From NCBI GenBank assembly GCA_037441675.1, contig JBBIRS010000001.1:341661-405660 (forward strand): 64,000 nt of DNA, in the 5' to 3' direction. This document shows, piece by piece, positions 28,163-38,550 of this stretch (the stretch's first letter is position 1; every line of letters starts with the position of its first letter). The notes below the pieces were generated by a model. That model was not told the DNA's origin and ran no database searches. It was given only the letters and a program-made list of their open reading frames with translations. This stretch comes from Planctomycetales bacterium (GTDB taxonomy: Bacteria; 4484-113). A program made the position numbers and the translations under genes.

Positions 28163-28408
28163 GCCTCCTGCAGAACGTGTATCACTTCCATATTACCCCC
28201 TCATTATACATAGATATTTCGCTTCAATCAAGAGTGGTTAAAAGTTCTAAAATAAAAATCGCTGACAATGCGCTGATTCTCTCCAAACATATCACGCCCG
28301 TCCTCAGGCGTGTTATTCCTCTCCTCCCTACAGGTTGCCGACCTCTTCCAACTACTATGTTCTCGCCCCAAGCTAAATTCCCCTCATGTTAAACACCCAT
28401 CTTGCCAT

Positions 28409-29140
28409 CTATATCGAGCCAGTAACTGTAATCTTTCCCTCGCTCGCGAGGATATGTCGAACTGTTAAGTTCAGTTTCCTGCCAAGCATCTCCTCATTCA
28501 TCTTCCACTCGCCTCCCTTCTCCTTGAAAAATTCTTCAAGATCAAAGAGTGGATTAATCTCTCTTTCAAGAATGCGGTCAATTGCCGCAGGCACTTTTAC
28601 ACCCACAAATCTCACCTCGGTGATACGGTAATTCAAGGTCTTCTTATTCTCATAAGAAACATAACCGCTAACGGTAAATGGCACTTTAATGATGCCCAAT
28701 TGATACTTGCCCGAGATTTCTATCTGTCCGCCTTTAATTGTTACTTGCGGATCTAAAATATTAGAGACCTTTGCGTGAAGCCCCTCTGCAAGGTCATTCT
28801 GCCGAACGATAAAACGGTATGTAATATCTCCCACCTTCTTAATCTTCGCCTCACCCGAAATGGCAGACTTCAACAGGTTAACGCGAACGTCCTTAACGGA
28901 AAAAACAACTTCATCCATTAACACCGGCTCCACGTAGAATTCATCAAAAGTGAAGTCCATTGATGCAATTTTTCCATTTATGAGCAGGGAGCCTGGATTT
29001 GAGTGAACTTCAACGCGCACATCCTTAACTCTCTCGCCAAGTTCATTCTTGAGCGCCTCCTCAACCTTTCCTTCAAGGTTGCCACCACCGGAGATTACCG
29101 TTCCAAGAACGCTAATTATGAGAGTAATTAATTTGCGCAT
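28409..29140 (-). CDS. LmeA/DUF2993-like protein
   Basis: N-terminal anchor, VRVEVHSNP.SLL..GKI pattern, beta-rich body. Confidence 0.55.
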   Translation of the reverse strand: MRKLITLIISVLGTVISGGGNLEGKVEEALKNELGERVKDVRVEVHSNPGSLLINGKIASMDFTFDEFYVEPVLMDEVVFSVKDVRVNLLKSAISGEAKIKKVGDITYRFIVRQNDLAEGLHAKVSNILDPQVTIKGGQIEISGKYQLGIIKVPFTVSGYVSYENKKTLNYRITEVRFVGVKVPAAIDRILEREINPLFDLEEFFKEKGGEWKMNEEMLGRKLNLTVRHILASEGKITVTGSI

Positions 29141-29323
29141 ATATCAAAATAATATCACCAAGACGAAGATTGAAATGCGGAAAGTACAAGCTCGGTCAGT
29201 CTTTGGTAACATTAACTTGCCTGATGAATTGAATCTTTATTCTTTAGTTTGCCTTAGACAGTATAATTCTAATTGCATCGAAGAAATTCTATTTATTAAC
29301 ACTTTCATATCCGGAGGGAGAAA

Positions 29324-30118
29324 TTGGATTATTCAAACTTTTTTAGAGTTGAATATGACAAGAAGTATCAGATTGTCCTCCTTACCATTTGCAAGGTTGG
29401 GGATAAGCACAAAACATTTGGAGTTGATTTCGTATTTGCCCTCAAGGATTTGCTTAGCCACTATGAGCTAAATCGTGAAGTAAAGGGGCTAATCTTAACA
29501 TCCGAAGGAGACAAGGTGTTTTCAACCGGCGCGGACATCTCAGGAGTTTTTCCAGATCTTGATAGTTTCTCAGCCAGAGACTTTTCTCACTATGGTCAGC
29601 AAGTCTTCCAAATGTTAGCGCGCGCGCCTTATATCACCCTCGCCGCGATAAACGGTTTCGCCTTAGGTGGTGGTTTGGAGATATGCCTAGCCTGCGATTT
29701 TAGAATAGCTAGCAAAAAGGCAAGGTTGGGACTTCCTGAGATAAACCTTGGCTTGATGCCGGGCTGGGGAGGAACGCAAAGGTTGCCCAGGCTCATAGGG
29801 CTAGAGAAAGCTTTGTATATGATACTTACCGGCGAGACAATTACCGCGGAAAAGGCTCTAGAATGGGGCTTAATATCTATGGTCACGGAGCCGAATGAGC
29901 TTGTTAACGAGAGCAAGAAGTTTCTTGCTCGGCTTACCGAAAAGAGCGGAAAGGCATTAAGAATAGCAAAGAGAGCGATTATTCAAGGACTAATGGGCTC
30001 ATTGGATGAAGGATTGGCGCTGGAAAATGAACTCTTCGGTCTTTTATGGAATTCTCCAGACCGTGAAGAGGGCGTTAAAGCTTATCTTGAGAAGAGAAAA
30101 CCCCGCTTCACAACGTAA
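29324..30118 (+). CDS. Enoyl-CoA hydratase/crotonase family protein
   Basis: FSTGADI, AINGFALGGGLE, PEINLGLMPGWGGTQRL, EKRKP.F. Confidence 0.92.
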   Translation: MDYSNFFRVEYDKKYQIVLLTICKVGDKHKTFGVDFVFALKDLLSHYELNREVKGLILTSEGDKVFSTGADISGVFPDLDSFSARDFSHYGQQVFQMLARAPYITLAAINGFALGGGLEICLACDFRIASKKARLGLPEINLGLMPGWGGTQRLPRLIGLEKALYMILTGETITAEKALEWGLISMVTEPNELVNESKKFLARLTEKSGKALRIAKRAIIQGLMGSLDEGLALENELFGLLWNSPDREEGVKAYLEKRKPRFTT

Positions 30119-30156
30119 AGATATCAGAGTGTTCATTTCTCTTTTAGTTTTCAAGT

Positions 30157-31125
30157 ATGCCAACTTGGTTTATAACTGGCATTGATGAGCTAGTCATAGC
30201 TGAAAAGGTTTATTCAATCTGCAAAGGCATTGAAGTGACCAGCTTTTACGCCAATGAGGTTGACCTCTCTTCCCTTACATCCAGGCTCTCAAGCGCCAAC
30301 CTCTTCTCCTTAGAAGAGGCTTATTGGATAAAAGAAGTTAATCGGTTAAGTTTCAACAAAAGGACAGAGAAGTCGCTTAGGGAGCTTATCAGTTCTGCGC
30401 CCACTTCAACAATATTAATATTCTCACAGGAGCTTTACTTTGATGGGGAGTATGTTGAAAGTAAGAAGTTTGAGGAAGGAACGCTTGCCAAGTTGCTTAA
30501 AGAACTAGCCGATCACTTTGTGGACATTCCGTATAGCCCCTTCGCTGTGAACAGGTGGGCTGAGCAAAGGGCATTGAACAGGTACGCTCTACTGCTATCT
30601 AAAAATCAGGTGGAGAAGATTGTGTCTATGAGCAGAGAACTTCCATCCTTGATTGATAGCGAGCTTAGAAAGTTAGCACTGTTAAAGACAAGAGCTGAAC
30701 TAGAAAGAGTGCCGGATGAATGGTTTGAGCGAATTGTCACAAAAACGATCGGGAATGAACTGAACGAAATTCGGGAGATGATTCTAGAGAAAAATATGAG
30801 TGCGATTTACCTCCTATTTGAGGTATACAAGAGAGAGCCGATAGGACCAGCTCTATTAAGTGAGCTTCACAGGAGTCTGGAAACAATTTATAAGCTTAAG
30901 ACTGAGGAAGGAATGGGCGCTGTAAAAGGCAAAAGCGAAACCAGAAAGATGGCACACTTAAGAAGCATGGCAAAGAGATGGACGCTAGAAGATGTTATCA
31001 AAGCTATGCGAATAATCACGGAGACTTTATTTAAGCAAAGAACTGGTAGAGTTGCGGGCAAAAGTCCAGATGAAGCCCAGCGAAACTCTCTCGCAATACT
31101 CATTAAGCAGATCGCTAACCTTTAA
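30157..31125 (+). CDS. holA: DNA polymerase III delta subunit (divergent)
   Basis: Size, N-terminal G.DE, 'SANLFS' and 'SELRKL' HolA-like signatures. Confidence 0.65.
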   Translation: MPTWFITGIDELVIAEKVYSICKGIEVTSFYANEVDLSSLTSRLSSANLFSLEEAYWIKEVNRLSFNKRTEKSLRELISSAPTSTILIFSQELYFDGEYVESKKFEEGTLAKLLKELADHFVDIPYSPFAVNRWAEQRALNRYALLLSKNQVEKIVSMSRELPSLIDSELRKLALLKTRAELERVPDEWFERIVTKTIGNELNEIREMILEKNMSAIYLLFEVYKREPIGPALLSELHRSLETIYKLKTEEGMGAVKGKSETRKMAHLRSMAKRWTLEDVIKAMRIITETLFKQRTGRVAGKSPDEAQRNSLAILIKQIANL

Positions 31126-31189
31126 GATGCGCACTTCGAAGATTTATTTGCTGAAAAGGGGTAGAATTTATTTCTGAGGTGAAACAAAG

Positions 31190-32083
31190 ATGCGTTGGTG
31201 GATTTTATCTTTCATTGTTGCGCTTTTTATTTTAGCGATTGTGATACTTATGTTTTTCCTTCCTAAAAGGAAATTAAGTTATGAATACAAACCTGCGGGC
31301 TCAGGAAGTGTATCGCAGTTGGTTGAGCTTCCCTCAGAGCAGGAGAAGGGAACTCATGAACCAAAGGTTGAAAAGTCCGAGGAGGAAGCTCAAAAACAAG
31401 AAGAAGAGGTAGGAGAGGTCACTGAAGATAACACTAACGCGATAACTAAAGAGGCTGAAGAGAAGACAGAAGGCAGGGATGAGGGGCAGGAAAGTGGAGA
31501 AGAGGCATCAGAGGAAGATGGAAAATCTGAAGAGGAGAAAAGCTCCGAAGACTCAGAGGAAGAAAAGAGATTCATCCCTGCAAGTAGGCTCGGAGAAGAA
31601 ACAACGAAGGTTGTATACGCGTCCTTTGAAACCACAAAAGGAACATTCATAATTGCCATCTATCCCGAGATTGCCCCAATTTCGGCGACCCATTTTATTG
31701 ACCTAATCAGAGCTGGATTCTACGATGGAATTGTCATTCACCGTTATGAACCGAACTTCGTCGTCCAAATGGGTCAGGTTACAGACGTGACCTCAAAGAA
31801 GTTTGAATTTACGAAGCAATCCATTCAAGATGAGCCGAACATTTCCGAGAATGTGCCTTACACAGTTTCATTCGCAAAATCCTATCAAGATGGACAACTG
31901 GTTCCCAATTCAGCGTCCACCCAATTCTTTATTAACCTGGGCGTGAATTCTCATCTTGACGAAGTTTTCACAGTATTGGGCCAGGTTATTCACGGCGCCA
32001 GTGTGGTTTTGAAACTAAGAGCTGGAGACCGTATCGGTTCAGCGCGAATTGTGGAATCCCCAGCTCTTCCCGTAAGCAGATGA
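31190..32083 (+). CDS. Membrane-anchored cyclophilin-type peptidyl-prolyl isomerase with acidic linker
   Basis: TM segment, Glu-rich tract, ETTKGTF, GFYDG..IHR..PNFVVQ.G, STQFFINL. Confidence 0.85.
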   Translation: MRWWILSFIVALFILAIVILMFFLPKRKLSYEYKPAGSGSVSQLVELPSEQEKGTHEPKVEKSEEEAQKQEEEVGEVTEDNTNAITKEAEEKTEGRDEGQESGEEASEEDGKSEEEKSSEDSEEEKRFIPASRLGEETTKVVYASFETTKGTFIIAIYPEIAPISATHFIDLIRAGFYDGIVIHRYEPNFVVQMGQVTDVTSKKFEFTKQSIQDEPNISENVPYTVSFAKSYQDGQLVPNSASTQFFINLGVNSHLDEVFTVLGQVIHGASVVLKLRAGDRIGSARIVESPALPVSR

Positions 32084-33144
32084 CACCTATAAATGCGAAG
32101 AAGCCAGGTGAAGAGGACTTTCTCCGTATAGTCAGGAAGATACTAAATGTTGAGAAAGAAACGGAGCTAAATCTAGCAGGAACAACTGATGACGCCTCTC
32201 TTCTGCCAATCTCAAGGCTGACAACCCTTCTTCCTAGCAAGTGGCAACTCTCCTCAAGCGCCAAAGATACGCTTCTCGTTGCGACGCAGGATGGAATGAT
32301 TGAGGGAGTTCACTTCACGCTTTCATATATGAGTTCCGCTGATGCAGTCTGTAGATGCGTTCTAGCAAATATTTCAGATTTATCCGCAATGGGAGCAGTC
32401 CCGTTAGGCGCGCTGATAAACATCGGTCTGCCCAAAAAGCTAGCAAGCGAAGAATCAATTGGCAGAATATCCCAAAGCCTGAAACGACTCTCTCATAGAT
32501 TATCCTTCACGGTTCTTGGTGGAGACTTAATCTCCGCCAAAGCCTTAACCGTTAGCGTCGCTATGCTTGGACTTGTGGAAAGGACGCACGTTTTGAGAAG
32601 AAGGGGAGCGAAAGTGGGCGATGGGCTTTTTCTGAGTGATGCTCTTGGCTTATCCTCTCTAGGATTGCGCATCCTTAGAACTGCGAATAAACTTTCCAGT
32701 GATACTAAAGCCCGCTTTCAATCCGCAATTCGGCGTTACATTCAACCACCTATTAGAATTGAGTTTAGTAGAGCGCTCGCATTAAAAGGTATAGCTACAT
32801 CCTGTATTGACCTCTCCGATTCTCTGAGCAAGTCTATCCTTCTTCTCTCCGAGAGTTCCCAAGTTGGCTTTGAGCTTTGGTTTGAGAAAGATGTGCTCCA
32901 TCCGTTGGTTTATAGCTACCACGGAGCCATATCTCAAACCCAAAGACGTAATCTCCTTCTCTCCGCCGAAGAGGATTTTGAGTTGCTCTTTACCGCCAAT
33001 GAGAATGGCATATCCAAGCTTCCGCCCGCCTTCAGGAAAAGAGTGATAAAAATTGGACGAGCCATACCAAAAAAGGATGGCGTTTTCGTCGCGCAGAATG
33101 GGAAAAAAGTTTTAATTAAAGAAATCGGTTATAGGCACTTTTAA
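32080..33144 (+). CDS. thiL: Thiamine-monophosphate kinase
   Basis: DDA, EGVHF, NISDLSAMGA.P, GGD, IDLSD, EDFELLFT, GYRHF. Confidence 0.9.
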   Translation: MTPINAKKPGEEDFLRIVRKILNVEKETELNLAGTTDDASLLPISRLTTLLPSKWQLSSSAKDTLLVATQDGMIEGVHFTLSYMSSADAVCRCVLANISDLSAMGAVPLGALINIGLPKKLASEESIGRISQSLKRLSHRLSFTVLGGDLISAKALTVSVAMLGLVERTHVLRRRGAKVGDGLFLSDALGLSSLGLRILRTANKLSSDTKARFQSAIRRYIQPPIRIEFSRALALKGIATSCIDLSDSLSKSILLLSESSQVGFELWFEKDVLHPLVYSYHGAISQTQRRNLLLSAEEDFELLFTANENGISKLPPAFRKRVIKIGRAIPKKDGVFVAQNGKKVLIKEIGYRHF

Positions 33145-33170
33145 TTGAGTAAGCCAAAGTGGCTAATATC

Positions 33171-35609
33171 TTACTTTGAAATCTTCTCGCCCAAATAAAC
33201 TTTTCTTAGTCTTTCAGAGAATCTATCAGCGGAAAAAACCTTTTGACTAATGACTTTTTCATAATCTCTTAGGGTAATTCCAAGCTGGGAATATAGCTTA
33301 GTTAACACATCAAGAAGTATCTCATCCACCTCTTCTCCCACGAGGGTTCTATCAGAAGCCTGAAAAGTTAATCTAACTGCCACGCTCTTCATTCCCGGTG
33401 GAACTTGCTTGCCAAAGTAAACGTCAAAGGGTTTTGCGCTTAGTAGAAACTCGCCACCAGATTCAGATATCGCGCTTAGAACTTTTTCAATTTCCATGCC
33501 TGCTGGCAGAAGAAGAGTAATATCTCTAAGAGTTGGCGGAAACACTGAAAAGCTTTTAACTTCAACGACATCTTTGGCATAGGCAGCAAGCGCATTTATG
33601 GATAACTCCAGATAAGCTAGCTTTTTCTCCACGCGCTCCGCGTTAGTGATCTCATTGCAAACCTCGCCGAGAAAGCCCGCCAATTCCCATTTCTCGTTAG
33701 CTTGAATGTTTACCGCAAAACTAAGTTTTTCATCAAGAAAAGGAACAAAGATGCGAGCAAGCTTAAAATTAGTGATACCCAACCTTTGCATTAGCAGGCT
33801 CAACACGCCCTTGAGCATGAAAAACGGGTGCTTATGCCTGAAGTCATCTGAGAACATTGCTGGAAGGCTAAAGTCCTCTCCATATATTATGCCTAAGGTA
33901 TTCTGCTCATACAAGCTCCTATCCCCAGAGTTCAGTTCATGAGCGTAGCGAGAATTAAATTTCCTTGGAGAGAAAATCCTGCCAATTTCAAAGAAGAGTT
34001 GCGGAGTTTCAAGGTAACTCAAATTTCTCACCACAGCATCAATCAAAGGAGGCAAAAGGCTCGGAAGCAAGTATGCCTGGTCAGATGTGTCGGGATTCTG
34101 AATTGGCACAAGCTCCTCCGATGTGAATTTATAGGTTCTACTTTTCTCCTCGCTTAAGAATGCGTAGCTTATGGTTTGCTGTCCGCCAATACTGACAAGG
34201 ATTTCCTCCAAACGCCGTTCAAATGCGAAGATTTCGTCCTGTTCCGCGCTCTTTAATGGAATTATTAACTCCCTTGGCTCTATTGCGTCAAATAGATTTA
34301 CCCGCAGTACATCCTCCGCAATATCTTCCTTAATTGCCAAATCCCCGCGCCAGGATGGCGGAATGGCAACATAACCATCTCCCTGCGCTTCAGTTTTTAC
34401 TCCGAGAAGCTTTAGTGTGCTCAGGATATTCTCCTCATCGTAACTCGTGCCCAAAAATGAATTGATGAACTGAGGCGTGAAGTAAATTCCCAATGGCCTT
34501 CCCTTATAAAGATTTGCGTCAACGAAACTTCCCTGAACAAAGTTTCCTGCGCCAATCTTCTCCGCTAGATAAAGAAACCTTTTTGCGGCAAAGGGAGGCA
34601 TTTCAGGGTCAGTCCCTCTGCCGAAGCGAAGTGAACTTTCACTCATCAAGCCAAGCCTTTTGCATTCAACGCGAATATTTTCAGGTGTAAAGTAAGCGCT
34701 CTCCAAGAGGACTGATGAAGTCGCATCACTAATTTCAGTCTCAAGCCCACCCATAACCCCGCCGATTGCTACGGCTTTTTCCTTATCCGCTATGACGAGC
34801 ATTGATTCGTCCAGAGTATACTCAACATGGTTAATGGCGGTAAATTTCTCTCCCTTCCTGGCGTTTCGGACGATAATGCCTTTGATTAAACGCTCGCGGT
34901 CAAACGTATGCTGAGGCTGACCAAGCTCAAAGAGAACGTAGTTACTCAGATCCACGATGTTGCTTATTGGTGTAACTCCACAAAGGCTAAGGCGGTGAAT
35001 AAGCCAATCGGGGGAAGGGCAAATTTTGCTCACGTTAAAATAGGCGCCAACGTAACGAGGGCATAACTCAACATTTTCTAAAGTAATTGATGGCTTGTCA
35101 TCTCCATCACCCTGAGCATCAAGAACCTCTGGCATTCTAAGCTCCCCGCTAGTAGCGACACAGACTTCCCTTGCGATGCCGAGATGGCTTAAGAGATCCC
35201 CACGATTGCTGACAACAGCGAAATCAATAACCGCATCAGCGAAGAACTCCTTCTCGCTCATTCCCGCAGGCTTCACAAGCGGAAAGCGCACCGGTGATAG
35301 CTTCAGTTCCTCAAGGGTTGGTATTTCATTTTCGTCTTTTTTCACAAGGACGGTAAGTCCTATCGGAATGAGCTTGCATTTTGAGACTGCCTTTTCTCTT
35401 TCTCCTGCGCGGGCAATCTCATAAACCCCGAACCCTTCCTTCTCATCGAGCAATGCAAGAATTTCAGCAAACTCAAAGCCCTCTCTAAGGGCATCAAGCT
35501 TTCCGATAGTTTCCGCCTCAATTCCTCGCTCAGTAAGAGCGCGGGCGAGCTCCTCCGCGGAAACATTCACATCAACAAACTCTTTCAACCACGAAAAAAG
35601 AATCCGCAC
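33171..35609 (-). CDS. pheT: Phenylalanine--tRNA ligase beta subunit
   Basis: SWLKEFV, NRGDLLSH.GIARE, GQPQHTFD, SSLRFGRG.D, C-terminal anticodon-binding domain. Confidence 0.93.
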   Translation of the reverse strand: MRILFSWLKEFVDVNVSAEELARALTERGIEAETIGKLDALREGFEFAEILALLDEKEGFGVYEIARAGEREKAVSKCKLIPIGLTVLVKKDENEIPTLEELKLSPVRFPLVKPAGMSEKEFFADAVIDFAVVSNRGDLLSHLGIAREVCVATSGELRMPEVLDAQGDGDDKPSITLENVELCPRYVGAYFNVSKICPSPDWLIHRLSLCGVTPISNIVDLSNYVLFELGQPQHTFDRERLIKGIIVRNARKGEKFTAINHVEYTLDESMLVIADKEKAVAIGGVMGGLETEISDATSSVLLESAYFTPENIRVECKRLGLMSESSLRFGRGTDPEMPPFAAKRFLYLAEKIGAGNFVQGSFVDANLYKGRPLGIYFTPQFINSFLGTSYDEENILSTLKLLGVKTEAQGDGYVAIPPSWRGDLAIKEDIAEDVLRVNLFDAIEPRELIIPLKSAEQDEIFAFERRLEEILVSIGGQQTISYAFLSEEKSRTYKFTSEELVPIQNPDTSDQAYLLPSLLPPLIDAVVRNLSYLETPQLFFEIGRIFSPRKFNSRYAHELNSGDRSLYEQNTLGIIYGEDFSLPAMFSDDFRHKHPFFMLKGVLSLLMQRLGITNFKLARIFVPFLDEKLSFAVNIQANEKWELAGFLGEVCNEITNAERVEKKLAYLELSINALAAYAKDVVEVKSFSVFPPTLRDITLLLPAGMEIEKVLSAISESGGEFLLSAKPFDVYFGKQVPPGMKSVAVRLTFQASDRTLVGEEVDEILLDVLTKLYSQLGITLRDYEKVISQKVFSADRFSERLRKVYLGEKISK

Positions 35610-35692
35610 TTCCTATTCTCCAACGGTGATTATAGCAGGGGATGATACCACGAAAAGTAATCATTATCTAACTATCCAAGACTTATGATAGA

Positions 35693-36794
35693 ATGCTTGC
35701 CAAAAGTAAAACTATGCGCAAAATTGACCCAAAATACGAAACCGCATTCAGAAACTACGTAACTTCTCTGAATCACAATCTAGCTACGGGAGATGCGACT
35801 GAACGAACACACCGTTTAACTCTGATGGAACTTATTAAGTCTCTCCAGCCCGGACTTACCTTAATTCAGGAGGATGTTACTACCCGACTTGGACGAGGAG
35901 AAGTTCGCGGATATGTATGCGCAAACGCTCACCTATGGGATATTCGCCGCACGAGTGTGGCACAGCAATGCACCTAAAGAAAAGTTCAACTTTCGTTCCT
36001 CAGTTGACTTCATACTTTAGAGCAATCCGTTTCTCAAGGAAATATTCTCCTTAGGCTCGCTTCCTACGTGAAGGAAAGGCTGATTCCTAGGATATTCGGT
36101 TTTGAGCTTTTAATGGCACCTCATACAATTTGTCACTTGAAGTTAAGCCTACCACTTGCGGAGCTTGGATACGAATTCTTATGTAGGGAGCGCCTCAATA
36201 TCTTCCTTATTAATACCCTTGTTCCAGGGATACCTCACATCAAGGGTGAAGCCGGCCTCATGCTTGATTATGCGAACAAGATAAAAGAGGGATCAAGGGC
36301 TGCAGTTAACGTTAAGAGGGAGAGGCCAATCCTTGTAGTGATGGGGAATCCCCCTTATTCGGGTCTTTCAGCAAACAAGAACAAGGGAAAACAGTGCAGG
36401 TGGATCGAGGATTTTCTGAAAGGAAAGGTTGCGGATGTTACATTTACGGCAACCTACTATGATGTTGATGGTATCCCCCCTAGGAGAAAAGAAGGTTTGG
36501 CTTCAGGATGACTACGTCAAATTCATCCGCTTTGCGCAGTGGAGAATTGAGAAAAATGGTTATGGAATTGTGGGGATGATAACGAATCATAGTTGGCTAG
36601 ATAATCCAACATTTCGCGGAATGCGCGAAAAGCTGTTGAAAGCCTTTGACAAAATATATGTGCTAGACCTTCATGGAAACGTTAAAAAGGAGGAAAGAGC
36701 GCCAGATGGCAGTAAGGACGAGAATGTCTTTGACATTCAACAGGGAGTTGCGATTAGTTTGATGGTTAAGAAAGGTTCGGGAAATGAGGATTGA
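35693..36794 (+). pseudogene. Type ISP/N6-adenine R-M enzyme remnant (deleted and frameshifted)
   Basis: Fragments TGDATE.THR, FADMYAQTLTYGIFAAR, GFELLMAP, GNPPYSG and DDYVKFIRFAQ...LDNPTFRGMR...DLHGN...DENVFDIQQGV in different frames. Confidence 0.8.
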
Positions 36795-37353
36795 TATGAA
36801 GAGAGTAGCGTTTTGCGATATTTTGGGGTTTAGGAACTTACTTACTTCAGCTCAGGCTGAGGAAATAGTAAAGGACATGAAAGAGAGGTTTGGTAAATGC
36901 CTACACAATGCTATATTTCATTCATCTGAACCGCCTAAACTTGAATCATTGAGGTCTTTTCAAAACGATTCGCAAGTTGGGGTGGCGTGGTTCTCGGATT
37001 CCTTTGTAATTTATGCAAAGAATGATTCTTTAGAGGCCTCAAGACGTGTAATGGAATGTGCAAATTGGCTCATTTTTAGAACCCTTTTCCGGAGCATGTT
37101 TCGATTAAGAGTGGGAATTGCCCACGGCGAACTAATCGTCGATGAGGAAGCGTTTATATTAGTGGGGAGGGCACTTGTTGATGCTTGCGAACTTTGTGGG
37201 AAGCAACAATGGATGGGTGGTGCGCTTCACGGCTTTGCTTGCAAAGTTGTTGAAACGGTTATGCCAAGTATATATGAGTTACCTATCGAAAAGATTTCTG
37301 CCAATTGGCACGTAGTACCATGCCACGTACCGGTAAAGAAAGAGAAAAGGTGA
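36784..37353 (+). CDS. Class III nucleotide-cyclase-fold-like protein (possibly truncated)
   Basis: AFCDILGF, FSDS, RVGIAHGE and G.ALV.A motifs. Confidence 0.55.
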   Translation: MRIDMKRVAFCDILGFRNLLTSAQAEEIVKDMKERFGKCLHNAIFHSSEPPKLESLRSFQNDSQVGVAWFSDSFVIYAKNDSLEASRRVMECANWLIFRTLFRSMFRLRVGIAHGELIVDEEAFILVGRALVDACELCGKQQWMGGALHGFACKVVETVMPSIYELPIEKISANWHVVPCHVPVKKEKR

Positions 37354-37472
37354 AGAAGAAGCTCACATACGAAGAGATAGAAACCTACTGCAAGATAGTC
37401 ACTGCGATGGACGAGACGATAAAGATAATGAGGAGGAGAGACGAAGCTATCCCAAGTTGGCCTGTGGAGTAG
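37350..37472 (+). pseudogene. C-terminal tail fragment of the type ISP enzyme
   Basis: KKLTYEEIETYCKIVTAMDETIKIM...IPSWPVE*, resembling type ISP C-termini as I recall them. Confidence 0.6.
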
Positions 37473-37492
37473 ATAATTACGCAAACGTTCGC

Positions 37493-38392
37493 CTACTCGC
37501 CGAAGAGTTGAACCTCAATTATCTGGTTCGCCTTGAAATCTTCAAATCGCAAATAGTAATCAACGGTTTTCACAAGTGCCTCGAGCGGTAGAAGCCCCAC
37601 TACTTCGCTCCCAACGATAGACACTCCATACCTCTTTGCCTCCATCTTCACCATCTCAAAAACCCTGTACATCGGCGTATCAATGGGGTTCACGAGGTTC
37701 ATTGAGATTTGCACCTGCTTTCTATCCTCAAGCCAAACCGCCATCGCCTTCACGTTTGCTAGCCCTCCCTTTGCCTCCCTAATACAGCTCACAATCTTCT
37801 TTCCGACCTTCATATCGTCAGTGTTCAAGTTAATGTTATAAGCGATGAGAAAATTCCTTGCGCCAACAACAGTTGCGCCTGCGGTTGGATGTGGAGCAGG
37901 CTCGCCGAAGTCCGGTTTCCAAAGCGCATCTTTCATCTTCTCGGAAAGTCCCTCAAATTCGCCACGCCTTATATCAGCGAGATTTTTCCGATGTGGAGCG
38001 GATGCCGCATACTCGTATAGATAGACGGGAATTTGAAGATCCTTCCAAATCCTAGCGCCAAGCCTCTTCGCTAGCTCAACGCAATCATACATACTAACTC
38101 CCGCAATGGGGACAAATGGAATTACGTCCACCGCGCCCATCCTTGGATGCTCGCCCTTATGTTTGGTAAGGTCAATTAGCTCCCTGCATTTCTTCGCAAG
38201 CTGAAACGCCGCTTCAAGGCAGGCATCAGGCTCTCCTGCAAATGTTATCACTGTTCTGTTGTGGTCAGCATCGGAGGAGTAATCCAAAAGCTTCACCCCC
38301 TGCACCGCGTTTATCACCTCAACGCATGCCTTCACCTTTTCCGCATCTCTACCCTCGCTGATGTTTGGAACACATTCAACGACACGCTTCAT
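37493..38392 (-). CDS. ftcD: Glutamate formimidoyltransferase
   Basis: ECVPNISEGR, DADHNR, GEHPRMGA.DV.PF, GAR.FLIAYN, QISMNL. Confidence 0.95.
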   Translation of the reverse strand: MKRVVECVPNISEGRDAEKVKACVEVINAVQGVKLLDYSSDADHNRTVITFAGEPDACLEAAFQLAKKCRELIDLTKHKGEHPRMGAVDVIPFVPIAGVSMYDCVELAKRLGARIWKDLQIPVYLYEYAASAPHRKNLADIRRGEFEGLSEKMKDALWKPDFGEPAPHPTAGATVVGARNFLIAYNINLNTDDMKVGKKIVSCIREAKGGLANVKAMAVWLEDRKQVQISMNLVNPIDTPMYRVFEMVKMEAKRYGVSIVGSEVVGLLPLEALVKTVDYYLRFEDFKANQIIEVQLFGE

Positions 38393-38550
38393 TGAGTATC
38401 CCTCCGGCTTTAGTTTTAAGATTAAAAACTGATGGAGTAATCGCTTTAAGAATAATGCAAAAAAAACTCGTTGGCAAATTACTAAAATAAATTCCCCCTT
38501 GCGATGCTTTATTTTCTGGTATAATTTTTTAACTTCAAAGGAAGCCTGAT

